Below, in pieces: positions 12,811 through 25,740 of a stretch of 64,000 bases of DNA. The position numbers and the translations under genes were made by a program. The stretch's first letter is position 1. Every line of letters starts with the position of its first letter. Where the stretch lies: the NCBI RefSeq assembly GCF_006345805.1, contig NC_043020.1, positions 28,644,001 through 28,708,000 of the forward strand, given 5' to 3'. The notes under the pieces are model-generated. The model had not been told where the DNA came from. It made no database searches and saw only the letters and a program-made list of their open reading frames with translations. This DNA is from Octopus sinensis (taxonomy: Eukaryota).

Positions 12811-14489
12811 GTAAGTGACCTTCAAATATTTTCATTTTTACATTTTGCCTTTTGTTGTTATGTTTGCATGAAACATGGCAAGCTGGCTGAATCATTAGTG
12901 TATCAGACAAAATGCTTGGTGACATTTCTTCTGGCTCTTTATGTTCTGTGTTCAAATCCAACCAAAGCCAACTTTGTCTTTCATTAGTTTGGTCAGTAAA
13001 ATAAAGTACCATCCAAGTACGCAGAAATTACTGGCCTTAAACACTGCTGCAAGCTGGCATCCTGTTCAATTGAATGCTGTGATCTTGATCTTGATCATCA
13101 TCATCATCGTTTAACGTCCACTTTCCATGTTAGCATGGGTTGGACGATTTGACTGAGGTCTGGCGAACCAGACTCCAATCTTGATCTGGCAGAGTTTCTA
13201 CAGTTGGATGCCCTTCCTAATGCCAACCACTCCGAGAGTGTAGTGGGTGCTTTTACGTGCCACCAGCACGAGGGCCAGTTAGGTGGTAATGGTAACGATC
13301 ACGCTCGAATGGTCACTTTATGTTTATTGCTTGAGGAAAAAATTGCTCTCACAGACTGAGACTCATAAAAGAGAAGCATTTGTTACATAACTATATTATT
13401 GCAGAGATACTGTATGGTATTGTAAGCTCTCTGTCAGTGGTTCAGTGGTTCTGATCTATTTGCTAGCCTGGCTGTGTAGATACAGAGTTAACTTAGCAAC
13501 TCTGAGGTTTTGTGTTCTTTCCCTGCAGGGCACTGTGGGCAAAGCTTTGCTTCCATAGTGTTGAGGTAACCAATGCCTTGACCGTGGAATTGTTAAGCTG
13601 AAACTGTATGGTAGCTCAGTGTGTGAGACCATTTAGCATCGATGTTCCATGGGTTGGGTGGTTTGACAGGATAGGATGCTTTGGCATGGATTTTGCAACT
13701 GGATGCCCTTCTAAACGCCAGTTACTTTACAGCTTGTACTGGTTTTTTTTTATGTCACGTGGTCGCCATGCAACTTGCAAGAATACGAACCCAGAGAGGG
13801 CAAGTTTATGTTAGGAGCTGAGGGATAAAGTAAAAGAGAAAAGGGCCAGAACAGGTTTTCTGCTGTAGAGGAACTACATGACTACTCGCATTTTAGAAAA
13901 GAGAGTGGAAGTGATCAGGTGGAGCTGGAGATAGTGATGATGAGGGTATTGGCATGGACCTTCAGGGTATGGGGTGGGTAGTAATGAGTAGAGGAGTAGG
14001 GGATGCCTGATAGTGCAGAGCACTGTGTGTGTGTGTGTGTGAAATTGTCTGTTTGCCCTGACAGTGTGTGATAGTCATAAGTGAGTATTACTGTCACAAA
14101 AGCAGTGTCATGCATTTCCAATGTTCTGTGAGAACATGTCTGGCTAAATATTATCCTTGCATGAAAACACATAAGAGGAAGGGCATTTGGCCATAGAAGC
14201 TCTGCCTTAAATATACTCCATACGACTCCTGCAGTCATGGAAAAGTGGACATTAGATGATAATGATGATGATGTTTAATCGCTCCATGATTTTGGATATT
14301 ATATGGAATAAGTGATACAGATATTTGGCTTCACAGAAGAGAATCATTGGGTTTAGGTGCATGAAACTGTGTTAAGTCATAGACTCTTTCCAACTCAGAG
14401 CAGCATGGAAAATGACATGAAATGAGAGAAAAATGAAAATGTTGAAATCTCAAAATGATACATGTTATTTTTTAATGTTTTTTTTGCAG

Positions 14490-14608
14490 ACATCGTATTG
14501 GAGGTAGACGTCGAGGATACATGGGACATTTAACTAAAATAGCAAATCACATTACTGAATGTATAGAAAAAGGAGAAAACAGCGAATTAATTAAAGAATA
14601 CTTAAAAG
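14490..14608 (+). CDS. PPP6R3: PPP6R3 exon (HRIGGRRRGYMGHLTKIANHI...EYLK)
   Basis: tgcag/gtaagg; GGRRxGYMGHLTxIAN motif. Confidence 0.97.
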
Positions 14609-15084
14609 GTAAGGGCTTTTATTAAATTTTCTACTTGGGGCAAATTTGAATGTTTTCACTTTAATCACAGTCAATATTAATATTAATATAGTTGTCATCA
14701 TCATCGTTTAATGTCCGTTTTCCATGCTGGCATGGGTTGGACAGTTTGACTGAGGTCTGGAAAACGGATGTTAAATGATGATGTTGATGATGATGATGAT
14801 GATAACTACATTAATATTGACTGTGAATGAGATTTTGGTGAATTTAAGAGTATTTATTTTAACATGTATCTACATGTGGGGGTCAAGCTGGGCAAAATGC
14901 TTAGTGATATTTCATCTGTCCTTACATTCTGAGTTCAAGTTCCAGCAAGGCTATCTTTGCCTTTTTTCCTTTCGGGGTTGATAAAATAAGTACCAGTTGC
15001 ATAATTATGCAAACGGTTGCACAAACAAATACAAACTTCCATAATTATATATTTACATATTAAAGAATGCCATTTGTATTTCAG

Positions 15085-15170
15085 AGATTCCAGAAGAATA
15101 TAGAAATAAATGGACGACTTTTGTTTCTTCGACACTTGCTGAGACCAACAAACAAAATACAATTGAATTG
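15085..15170 (+). CDS. PPP6R3: PPP6R3 exon (IPEEYRNKWTTFVSSTLAETNKQNTIEL)
   Basis: ttcag/gtacgt; matches recalled [28 protein letters not shown]. Confidence 0.95.
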
Positions 15171-15350
15171 GTACGTATTAGTAACTCAGTCTTGTGTATT
15201 TGGTTTAGATGTATTTAGGTGTGTGTTAGGCTCAACTTGAGGATGATATAGAAGACACCTGTCCAAGAACCCTGAGTTTCATGGCTAAGAGACAAACTTC
15301 GTTACCACTCATACATATGTGTAAATATAGATTAAAAAGAAAAACATATA

Positions 15351-15427
15351 CAGGGTGTCCATAAATTACTTTTACAATAGATACAATAAAATTGTAGAAG
15401 TTGTAAAGATTATTTATGGACACCCTG
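15351..15427. mobile_element. 77-bp Tc1/mariner-type MITE
   Basis: TA-CAGGGTGTCCATAAAT...ATTTATGGACACCCTG-TA; about 27-bp imperfect TIRs and a TA target duplication. Confidence 0.85.
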
Positions 15428-15772
15428 TACATCAGATATGTTGTTGGTAGTGTTCTGGTTAGCAAGAACTAAGTCTGTTGGACTTCACTGTCTTAAGTCC
15501 TAGAATTCACAGGGCCAGGTACCTGGTTTCCACGGTGCATAAATGACCGAAATCACAACCATTTTCCTCCAAATGGGATGCCAGTTCACTGCAGGGTTAT
15601 TCATTTACAGCTGAGTAGACTGAGGCAACGCGAAAGGAAGTGTTTTACTAAAGAGCACAATGCAGTATCTGGCTAGGGATTGAAACCACGATCTTGTGAT
15701 TGTGAGTACCACCCGTTAGCCACTAAGCCACACATGTTTGCCGTTTAGGTTAGGAAATGAGTAATTTGTTTA

Positions 15773-16165
15773 TACTCTTTTACTTGTTTCAGTCATTTGA
15801 CTGTGGCCATGCTGGAGCACCGCCTTTAGTCGAGCAGATCGACCCCAGGACATGTTCTTTGTAAGCCTAGTACTTATTCTATCGGTCTCTTTTGCCAAAC
15901 CGCTAAGTTACAGGGATGTAAACACACCGGCATCGGTTGTCAAGCGATGTTGGGGGGACAAACACAGACACACAAACATATACACACACACACACATACA
16001 TATATACGATGGGCTTCTTTCAGTTTCCATCTACCAAATCCACTCACAAGGCTTTGGTCTGCCTGAGGCTATAGTAGAAGACACTTACCCAAGGTGCCAC
16101 ACAGTGGGACTGAACCAGGAACCATGTGGTTCGTAAGTAAGCTACTTACCACACAGCAACTCCTA
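15773..16165 (-). mobile_element. SINE family A copy
   Basis: same head, body and tail as 965-1418. Confidence 0.85.
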
Positions 16166-16253
16166 TTTATATTATAGAAGCTTGCATATATGTAAAAGAA
16201 CTGCTTACTTTCAAGTACTTATATGTGTGTGTGTGTGTCTTTGTGATTTGTAG

Positions 16254-16343
16254 GTTCAAGGTCATCCGCTCCATTCAAGTAGTGAAGACGATGACACTGA
16301 CTTCAGAGATTTGCCTTTTAACCAAGATGCAGTCATGCAACAA
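16254..16343 (+). CDS. PPP6R3: PPP6R3 exon (VQGHPLHSSSEDDDTDFRDLPFNQDAVMQQ)
   Basis: tgtag/gtaagt; HSSSxD motif; phase 0-0. Confidence 0.94.
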
Positions 16344-17518
16344 GTAAGTCCACCTCTTTCTGCTTTTTTCCGTTTCCTTTTTAGACCCAAATATTCCGAG
16401 TAATTGCGGTTTCCGTCTCTTTGCTTTAAACTTCTGTTGAAATTGAAACACAATTCTTCAGATGGAAATGTTTAACCCCCACCCGCTCCTTATAACTCTT
16501 ATATTCAGTTAAATTCTTTTTCATTGTGGTGGTCGTGACAGGATATCTTGGAGGAACTTAAATGAGGCGGGTATAAAGATGTGTAAACTAAGTGCTATAC
16601 TGGATTGAGTATTGGGATTGGTATGAACGACTAAAACTGCTTGAAGGTCATATCTCAATATGATCACAGTCCAGATACTGAAACCTTCATGGCTAATTTA
16701 TGGGTAGTAAATTTCCTGTTTTTTTTTTTTTTTTTTTTTTTTTTTAACTATTAAGGTAAAAAATCCTTGCTTTCCTGTATGAGGGGGACACCTTTGTAAT
16801 TGATGTGAAACCTTGATAAGGAGACACGAGGACTTTCACACACACACATAATGGACTTTTAAATTCTGCCTACCAAATCTTCTTACAAAGCTTTGGTCAG
16901 CCTGAGGCTGTAGCTGAAAATTCTTGCCCAAAGTGTCTTGCAATGGGATTGAACCTAAAACCACATAGATGGGAAACAAGCTAATTAACCACACAGGCAT
17001 GCCTCATGTGGTTTTCTGCCTTATTTAACTGTTTCTTGTTTGATTACAGTTTATTCAATATTTCGTATTGTATTAAAACTGTTATGTATTCTATTCTCAA
17101 GTAAGTAATGTTTTAATAATGCATATATTTTGTACAGAAAATTTTTAGAGAAATGTTGATCAACTTTCCCAACTGCTTTAAATCTTATCCATTAGAGGTG
17201 TTTCGTTGTGAATGTCTTAAAAATCTGCTTTGGAGTTAGCTTATTCCGTTACTCAGGTTTATGGAATTGTGAAGGAAATTCTTTGAAGAACTATGTGCAG
17301 TGAATGGATGGTTGGCTCTGCCTAAGTGCCAGGCTTTAATACTTTGCTGTATTTATGTGTTTATGTCTAGAATACAGTTCTCCCCAGAGTCAGCATTGCC
17401 TTTCTACATTCAGACAGAAACCCTAATTATTTATAATTATTCTCACATTAGTTTTCTCATCTTCTCTCTTCTAACCACTTTCTTCTGATGCTTGTCATCG
17501 ACATTGCTTTTTTTTCAG

Positions 17519-17536
17519 AAACCCAACTATTCTCAA
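17519..17536 (+). CDS. PPP6R3: Candidate 18-nt alternative microexon of PPP6R3 (KPNYSQ)
   Basis: long pyrimidine tract ending ttcag, then AAACCCAACTATTCTCAA, then gtaagt; in frame in a phase-0 intron; no transcript evidence available. Confidence 0.65.
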
Positions 17537-20500
17537 GTAAGTAGTGGACACTTGTCTCACCACGTTAATGGTCTTGCTGCCCTCAGATCTGTCTAATGTC
17601 ATTTTATTATTGCTGGTAAAGTGGAGGGCAGGCTATATTATCAATTATCCTAGTCTCATAGCTTGTACTTTCCACATGACTCTCAACCATCATCACTCAT
17701 GTCACTGTGTGTTCACTTACTTCCAAACCTCCTCCCCAGCTCCCTTATTTTTTTCCATATTCAGTTGTTGCACTAGTTACTGTTTTCGTTTTGACTGATT
17801 TTAGTGTTTAGTAAATTGGGGTGAATCTGTGTTGTCCCACACAGTCCCGTGCACACGAAGGTTTATAAAGAGGTCTGTATACGAAAATATATTTCATTCT
17901 TTACAGCATATTACTCATATTTAGACAGGCCCCATGATAATTATATATATATGTATGTATGAGTGTGTGTGTGTGTGTGTGTATACACACAACACACACA
18001 CATATGCATATATAAAGAAAACAAGATGACAAAGGAATAAACAATTATGAACTTCATTAGCTTACAGCTGTTTCTGCTATAAGATGCAGTGGACTCAGGT
18101 GAGTGCCTGAGTAACACCTTAATGCTTCATCAGAGCCTCTAAAATATGGCTTAGTGGTTAGAGTATTCAGCTCACGATGGTAAGGTTGTGGATTTAATAC
18201 CCAATAATGTGTTGTGTCCTTGAGCAAGACACTTCATATTGCTCCAGTCTACGGAACTGGTAAAATGAGTAGTGCTGTACCTGTAATTCAAAGGGGGCCA
18301 GCCTTGTCACATTCTTTGTCACACTGAATCTCTCTCTGACAACGACATTAAGGACACATGTTTCTGTGGAGTGCTCAGCCACTTGCACGTTAATTTCACG
18401 AGCAGGCTTTTCCGTTGATCGGATCAGCTGGGACCCTTGTCCCCGTAACTGACAGAGTGCCAGTTATACAATCAATAAGGGGCCAAGCTGGTAGAATCAT
18501 GCGTTGGACGAAGGGCTTAGCAGCATTCCTTCCAACCCTTTTGGTTCTAAGTTCAAATACTGCCAAGGCCGACTTTGCCTTTCACCCTTTTGGGATCAAT
18601 AAAATAAAAGTACCAGTCTTGTACTGGGGTCAGTGTAATCAATCCCTCGTTCAAATCACTGGTCTTAGGTACTGATTAGAAAGAATTGTTGTTATAAGGC
18701 CAAGTATTTTGGCAAACCAAGGCAAAGCAAGAACTGTGCCACCAGTTTTGAGTTTATATAGCTTCTTCCCAGCAGGCATAAGTGTAATTCTCATTTGGTA
18801 TTGTGATTGTATCATGGAAGTTACTGGTAATGAAAATTTATTGTATTGTTGATATAGTTCTGAAAATAATTAGATGAAATATGGAATGTCTTGCAGTATA
18901 ATTATTAAGCTGTTTATCTGTATAAAAATTTGTTCAATGTTGATGACATTAATATATTCACAATATAGTTTAGATTTTGCTGTCAAATACTTTATAATGC
19001 CAAATCATTTTGGCAAGCCAGAGGGTAACAGCTCAGCCACCAGTTTTAGTGATATCTTCAACATCAGCTTGAAATCTAGTGACCATCTGCGGAATGTAGT
19101 ATAGAGCTGTATTTGAGGTTTTATGATTCATGCTGTTATTTTTACAAGACTAAATACGTTTTTTTTTAAATAACCAACTTAATGTCAATGCATCACCGAA
19201 AGTTAAATTACTGTGGTATTTATCTAGAGATAACATCTCTTATGGACATGCTGTGTTTAAAAAACATAATAGTGGAGGGGAATATAAATCACCCCAGCAG
19301 TGGCTAGTGGGAACACCAGGTGCATTTTGGCCTTGTTGGGTTTTATCAATGGCAAGTACTCACACCCAGGGACATGCTTAGAGGAGATTTGTCACATCCA
19401 ATATCTAGGAAACAATGAATAAACATTCACTAGTATTGCATTCTTGCTGGCCCTACTGGAGCAATTTTCATATCTCTGGATGAATCCTGCAGTAAAGTGC
19501 CTTTCAACATTGTATATACTTTAAGTATGATACATAGAGGGCTATTTTAATTTAATGCTGCTTCTATTATATATGAAATGTTGTTTTGAAGCATATTTTA
19601 TAGGCATTAGATATGCATATCATTAAATGATTACAGTAGCAAAATTTACCTACTTAAAATACATTAACAATATTTGATCATGATTTAGCTTTTTTGTAAG
19701 TGTTTTTTTCATACTTTTGAAAGTTAAAGCTCAGGGGTTTGTTAATGATGATAAATAGAGGGAAATACTTAAATAGGGTCTGTTGTAACTTTGTGCCCTG
19801 CAAGAATCTAATGGCTTGGTTTATTGATAACACTGGGGGGCTGGTTTGTACCTATAAAATGCAGTGCAAGGAAAACTATTCTTTGTCCTGCGCTACATTC
19901 ATAACCATGGCCCATGGGGCTGTTCCAGACAATTTGTCTGGAAGCTGGTTATGTTGCTGGATCTATGACGTGTTCGAGAGTTGCTTCATGCATTGTCGAG
20001 TCTTGTTAGACAAAGCAGCTTGCTCTGCCACTCTAGAAAATACATCTGAAAAGAAGTGGTTAAGGCAGGCCTGAGGAAGCTGAACATATTTTTCAGATCT
20101 GTGCAACATGGGGCTTGCATTAAAAAAGACCAAAAACAAAAAAAAAAACAGTCATAAAAACCAATACAGCTCATTAGTTTATGAAGGTCTTGTATAGGTC
20201 TTTATATTTGCTGGCATTTCCAGCTGATTTGGGATCATAGATGGGGTGTGCTGTTTTCTAGAGAGAGAGAAATAGAGGTTACTTGTTTTATTGAGAGAGG
20301 GAAATAAGATAGAAATGTGGTCAGGCTGGAGCATCTTTTGGATGTATCATAACGTTTATTGTAGCCAGGTGTTTATTTCAAGAACAAAGGCTGCATGACC
20401 TTGTTCCATCAAATTACAAACTGTTTGGATAAAGAGGAAATATAGAAGATTGCTAAGCTAACGACATGGCCACAGTTTAAAAATTTGCTCTAGTCAAATA

Positions 20501-20556
20501 TTAAGATGTACTCTTGAGACTATCAGTGTCATGTTACTAATAGAATGTTATACAAC

Positions 20557-20608
<52 letters not shown>

Positions 20609-21395
20609 CACGTTTTGTAATTTTAATTAGTCTGACCTTAAATGCATCTATTGCTCACAAGTAACGGTATAACTTAGTGATAACATAGTATTTTTTAGTG
20701 TTATCTTTTGACAACAGCAGGTCTTATTGTTAATATAAATTGTTTAAATGTTTGAGGTATTGTATCGAGGTTTTTTAACAACTGATTTTTTTTTCTCTCT
20801 CTTCCATGCCTAGTTGACCTGCATGTATTTTGTCTTTTAATGTCTGACATGCACTATAAACTAGATATTTGAAAATAAATTTGTTCCTCTGAAAAACGTT
20901 ACATGTGTACATATATATGTGTGTGTGTACATACATATATAAATGCATATATACATTCATGCATGTATATATTTATATATATACATGTGTGTTTATATAT
21001 ATATAAATATCATGTAATTTTCTTTTGTCTGCATGTATTTATATTTTAAGATGTATTAATTTGTATTTCTCTGATGTTCCTCTTAACCCACAATTACAGT
21101 ATTTTTTCCCCCTTTTTTTTTCGTACTTTAATCTGCATCAGTTAAATCTGCTGTATTCTGTTTAAAATTTTGGATATTTTACAGTAATTTTAATTTTGAG
21201 AGTTTAGAAACTGCTTCTGTAATTTGCCTTATACAGGAAGTGCTTAAAGCATTAAATTGGATGAAATTAATTATCACTGATTGAAAGACATTGTCACTGG
21301 TTTCTATGAGTTTTACTGAAATTGAGGTTTGCTTCTCTCAATTAGTTTCTTCTATTTTATTCAACTTTTTTCACATTTGTTTTCGTTATCAACAG

Positions 21396-21490
21396 GCCTT
21401 CTCTGATTACCAACTACAGATGACATCTAATTTCATTGATACATTTGGCTTCAATGAACATGATTTTGCTGACCAAGATGGCAAAATTGA
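21396..21490 (+). CDS. PPP6R3: PPP6R3 exon ([31 protein letters not shown])
   Basis: aacag/gtgagt; AFSDYQxQxMTSNFIDxFGFN motif. Confidence 0.97.
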
Positions 21491-21954
21491 GTGAGTGTTC
21501 ATTTTCCACCTTCCGTCTACTCATGTTATGCCTTGATATTTCTTTTTCTGTTTTATTTGATGGAACAGAAAATACTTTTTCACCAAAAAAATTTCTTCAA
21601 AAAAAAAATCATCCCTGTTTATATATGCAAAGTTGGGCTCATATTACATACTTCAGTTCTCTAAAACTTTTCCCTGAATATGCACTGCAGCAGTTGATGT
21701 GCATCCAATGTGTCCATGTGTGTTTTATTCCCTGAGATACAGTTGCATTAATTCTACCGAGCATCAAGATAGATTGAAAGCCATCTATCCACTGAGAGCA
21801 CACACAACTGAGTCAGAAGCCATGCATCCAGTTGATGTAATAACAACTTTTATTACATCAGTGTGCAGAATATAATCGTAGCTGCGATCGTCTTTTAGTT
21901 GTGAATAAATTGTAGCATCAATTCACTGTTTGCTTCTTTCCTTGTTTCCTGCAG

Positions 21955-22015
21955 CACCACATTTAATGAGAAGATCTCAAGCATTGACTTCAATATAAGG
22001 GCTGATGAAGATAGT
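21955..22015 (+). CDS. PPP6R3: PPP6R3 exon (TTFNEKISSIDFNIRADEDS)
   Basis: tgcag/gtaagt; phase 2-0 joins neighbours. Confidence 0.9.
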
Positions 22016-23187
22016 GTAAGTATAGACCTCTCTCTCTCTCTCTCTCATCAATTATCTCATGATTCTTTGCAATCCAACCCAAAGCACATCCAGACACAAC
22101 ATTCTCCCGTCATTTCATTCCATAGATAGAATTGAGGTGGTTCTGAAATGTTACTGGACCAATGGTTTCTCTGTTCCAGAACTGAGCATCCAAGACTAAC
22201 AAGAAAAGATGAAAAGTTCTTAAAAAGATCCAACTCAGACATAGTCATGTCTGTCACATAACACAGAAATACAAGATGTTTTCAATCTATTCAGATATAC
22301 AGCGTGGTTGATGCCAGTACCACCAGACTGGCCCATGTGCCGGTGGCATGTAAAAAGCACCCACTACACTCTGAGTGGTTGGCATTAGGAAGGGCATCCA
22401 ACTGTAAAAACTTTACCAGATCAGATTGGAGCCTGTTGCAACCTTCTGGCCCACCAGCCCCCAGTCAAACCGTCCAGCCCATGCCAGCATGGAAAGCGGA
22501 TGCTAAACGATGATGATGCATTATCTTGTCAGTCTCACCATAAAACATCTGGTCAGTCTCACCATAAAACAAGCAAAACATTTGGGCCGGACCTGGCCAG
22601 TTTAATTGCTAAAGGGTTAAATCTTCAAATGCGACAATGTTTACAAATGTTAGGCTTTACAACCCTGGGTCTGTCATAACAACAACATTCTCAACCTGGT
22701 CAAGATGTGATCTAAAAAGATAAGTTCTCTCTTCAGAGCCACTAAATTATTCAGTTGTCATGTACCACTCACACAGTCAAGTTAAATCTTCTACCATCTT
22801 CTTTGTTCCCCAAATCCACATTAATCCCATGATTAGTGTACTCTGAAATTAATGTGCATTTCATTTGACCTTATTTTATGCACCAACCTCACCACCACTT
22901 CCACAACCCCATAAAAATTGCTAAATAATCATTTCTCTGTAGAACACATCCCTGTCCTCCTAGAACTCCCTTATTCTCCATTCTAGGAGATACCATGGTA
23001 ACTAGGTGGTCTATTCAAGTAAGATCTTCATTGAAAGAGTCTAATTGTGTTATTATTTCAGCTAAATGCTGTCCAGACATTTTGACACAGTTATATTGAC
23101 TAAACACTTGTGCTGAGTGTCTTAGCGAAGAAGGAAAAAAAGTCACATGTATTATCTTGCTGCAACTGCACTTTCTATTGTTTGTAG

Positions 23188-23321
23188 GCCCCTAATGCCA
23201 CCATGTTTGAACAAGCCTGTAATGAACGAATCCAGCAGTTTGATGACAATGATAGCGATGAAGAAATATGGGAGAAAAAGGAAGTTATTCTCTTTGAAAA
23301 TTCACCTGTCCGGCCAACTGG
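23188..23321 (+). CDS. PPP6R3: PPP6R3 exon (APNATMFEQACNERIQQFDDNDSDEEIWEKKE...PT)
   Basis: tgtag/gtaagc; FExxCxERIQQFDD..SDEExWExK motif. Confidence 0.95.
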
Positions 23322-23492
23322 GTAAGCAGCCAGGTTACCTCCTAATGTCTCCTGGGCATGTCAGCCTCCCTCTCTCTCTCTCTTCTCTAATAATCTATAC
23401 TTTTCCTTATTGGAATAGAGAAATGTCTTGTAGTTGTGAAACCCTGCTCAGCCCTGTTCTCAGTTTGTTTCGTTTTCTCACTCTGGTTGTAG

Positions 23493-23623
23493 AATGTCAA
23501 CTGACAGTCTCGGTTCTGATGATCAGGAGGAGGAAGAGGACAACACCGACAGTGATGAAGAATTAGACTCTCCAAAGTGCATTCTACAACAGCCTCAAGA
23601 GAAGATGGATGTAGATGTAGAAG
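23493..23623 (+). CDS. PPP6R3: PPP6R3 acidic exon (MSTDSLGSDDQEEEEDNTDSDEE...DVE)
   Basis: tgtag/gtcagt; phase 2-1 consistent with neighbours. Confidence 0.9.
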
Positions 23624-23825
23624 GTCAGTTGTCTTTGATCCTTATTCTAGGCTATGTATCAACCAGAGAAAGCTGCTAATGCTCAGCCCCTCTTCAAATG
23701 TTCAGTATGCTGGTTGATGAGATTTCAAATTGTTTCCATCAGCCTGGTTCTATGTTGATCTTTTATTTCTTGTTTCCATCATTGGACTGCAGCCGTGCTA
23801 ACCCTAACCACGTTGACGGCTTTAA

Positions 23826-24045
23826 CCCTTTCGTTACCAACCCAGCTGAAACCACCTCTGGCTCTGTAGTACAAATGTCTCGTTTTCATAAGTTCTGAAC
23901 TAAAATCTTCCACCAACCTTAGTGACAATTTACATTTCTAACACTAGCTGAATGGTAACTAAGTTGTTTTACTAAATTCTTTGTTATATTTAAAATAATT
24001 ATGAGAAAAACAGAGAATCCCAAAATAAATACAGTAATGAAAGGG
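23826..24045. mobile_element. 220-bp TTAA-flanked (piggyBac-like) MITE; partial copy near 46918-47020
   Basis: TTAA-CCCTTTCGTTAC...GTAATGAAAGGG-TTAA. Confidence 0.8.
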
Positions 24046-24265
24046 TTAAGTTGAATAAATTGACCCCAACACTTATTTCTTAAGTCTGGTGGTACTTGTT
24101 CTCTTGGTCTCTGTTACTGAATTGCAAAGTATTTCTGACTATTTTACATCAATAATTCTCCACCAATTTCTTTGGTGTTGCATTTGATTATTAACAAATT
24201 CAATTTACAAAAAAGGTTCTGTCTTTGGAGTAAAATTGTTATAATTTTACTTTCTTCTCTTACAG

Positions 24266-24398
24266 CAATGGAAACGTCCCCTTGGGATGCAGCACTTGTG
24301 CCAAGTGAGACTCCTGATCAAAAGTGGGCTAACTTTGATCTGAAAATGTCAGAAAATAACTGGGCTGACTTTTCTAGTTTTAATTCCTCTTTAGAGCG
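24266..24398 (+). CDS. PPP6R3: PPP6R3 exon (METSPWDAALVP...WANFD...NWADFSSFNSSLE)
   Basis: tacag/gtaagg; WAxF motifs typical of the family C-terminal region. Confidence 0.92.
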
Positions 24399-25532
24399 GT
24401 AAGGACAAATGTGTTGCCTTGTTTGACTATGTTGCCGTAATACTTTGAACGAATGTTCTTAAAATCTTCATCACTTTTTCTTTCAAACTACTCTTCCTTG
24501 TTGAATGGGGGCAGCTTGTTTTGTTACTTAAGCTTTTCCTAACACCAACTGTTTTACAATGTGTAAGAGACCCCCTTTGGTCATGAATGACTATGGGATT
24601 GCACCTAGAAAGTTACCCTCTGAGGCACAAGTCCAGGCAAGGTTGTTTATGAAAGACCAGCAGTCACCCATGCACACCAAATTCCCCTCTCCATGCCACC
24701 AATGTTATCCAAGGGAATGGCAAAGGGGCCGATAGAGCTTGACACCAGTGATTTGAGTCACCCGAAGACAAGTCACCGTTATTTTCTTTTCTTCTTTTAC
24801 ACTTTCTAAGTCTTCGAGTATAAATCCTCCCAAATCAGAATCACTGAAGCTTCATGGGTAAATACAAAAGTATCAATCTGCAGTTCATGTGTTGTTGAAA
24901 ATTTCACAGTATTTACATTTAGAATCCAAATGTAGGAACATTGAGAAATATATAAGTCTTTATTAACGACATAAGTCCAACTGGGGTGGCCATATATCAC
25001 CTCTATTGCAAGACACGTGTTTATGTCCATCTAGCATAAAGCCACCTCCTTCAGTACACTCAGCTGATGGGTCTTGACTTCCAAGCTGCTTGGTGACCCC
25101 ACTAATGCTGGTGCTGTGTAAGAAAGCACCTGGCATGCTCTGTAAGGTGTCTGGTATTGAGATGGGTATTCGGCTGTTGAAACCATGCCCCAGCAAACAT
25201 TGGAACGAAATACAGTCCTCTGGCACATTGGCCCTATCAGAGCATCCAACCCATGCCAGCATGGAAAATGAACATTAAACAATAATGACGATGATGATAT
25301 CTTTAATAAAGACTTACGGCTTCTTAATATTTTTCAACATTTGTTCTTCCTGCATCTACTCAGAAGGCATCAGACAACTCAGAGAAGACAATTGCCCAAT
25401 GTGCCATGCAGTGGGGATTGAACCCAAAGTGATGTGGTTGCAGAGTGAACTTCTTAACCCCACAGCCATGTTTAAACCTGATGTATTGACCAATTCCTGT
25501 CATCCAATAATGTAATTCTTTTTTTTTTCCAG

Positions 25533-25606
25533 AATTCCTCGGAGTAGCTCTCCTATAGCTATGGATACTGGTGACACTGTGTCTAGTTCAGGCTGTGAAG
25601 ATAAGA
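25533..25606 (+). CDS. PPP6R3: PPP6R3 exon (IPRSSSPIAMDTGDTVSSSGCEDK)
   Basis: tccag/gtacgt; RSSSPxxMxT motif; phase 2-1. Confidence 0.9.
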
Positions 25607-25635
25607 GTACGTATCCATTTATATAATTGGAATAA

Positions 25636-25740
25636 TTATTACCTCCGCCTTAACGAAAGCGGAGGTATTCTTTTCAGTAGTGTTTGTTTGTCTGTTCGTC
25701 CGTGAACAAGATATCTCCAGAACGGTTTAACTGAAAACTG
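25636..25740 (+). mobile_element. Helentron/HINE-like 5' terminal fragment
   Basis: TTATTACCTCCGC-loop-GCGGAGGTA 9-bp stem followed by GTTTGTTTGTCTGT, as recalled for non-autonomous Helentrons. Confidence 0.55.

Noticed and set aside
13529-13566. Apparent exon between ccctgcag and gtaacc
   Set aside because: Frame-shifting and looks like a decayed SINE remnant.
16542-16570. Small stop-containing exon (DILEELK*)
   Set aside because: Weak acceptor and donor; compatible with chance.
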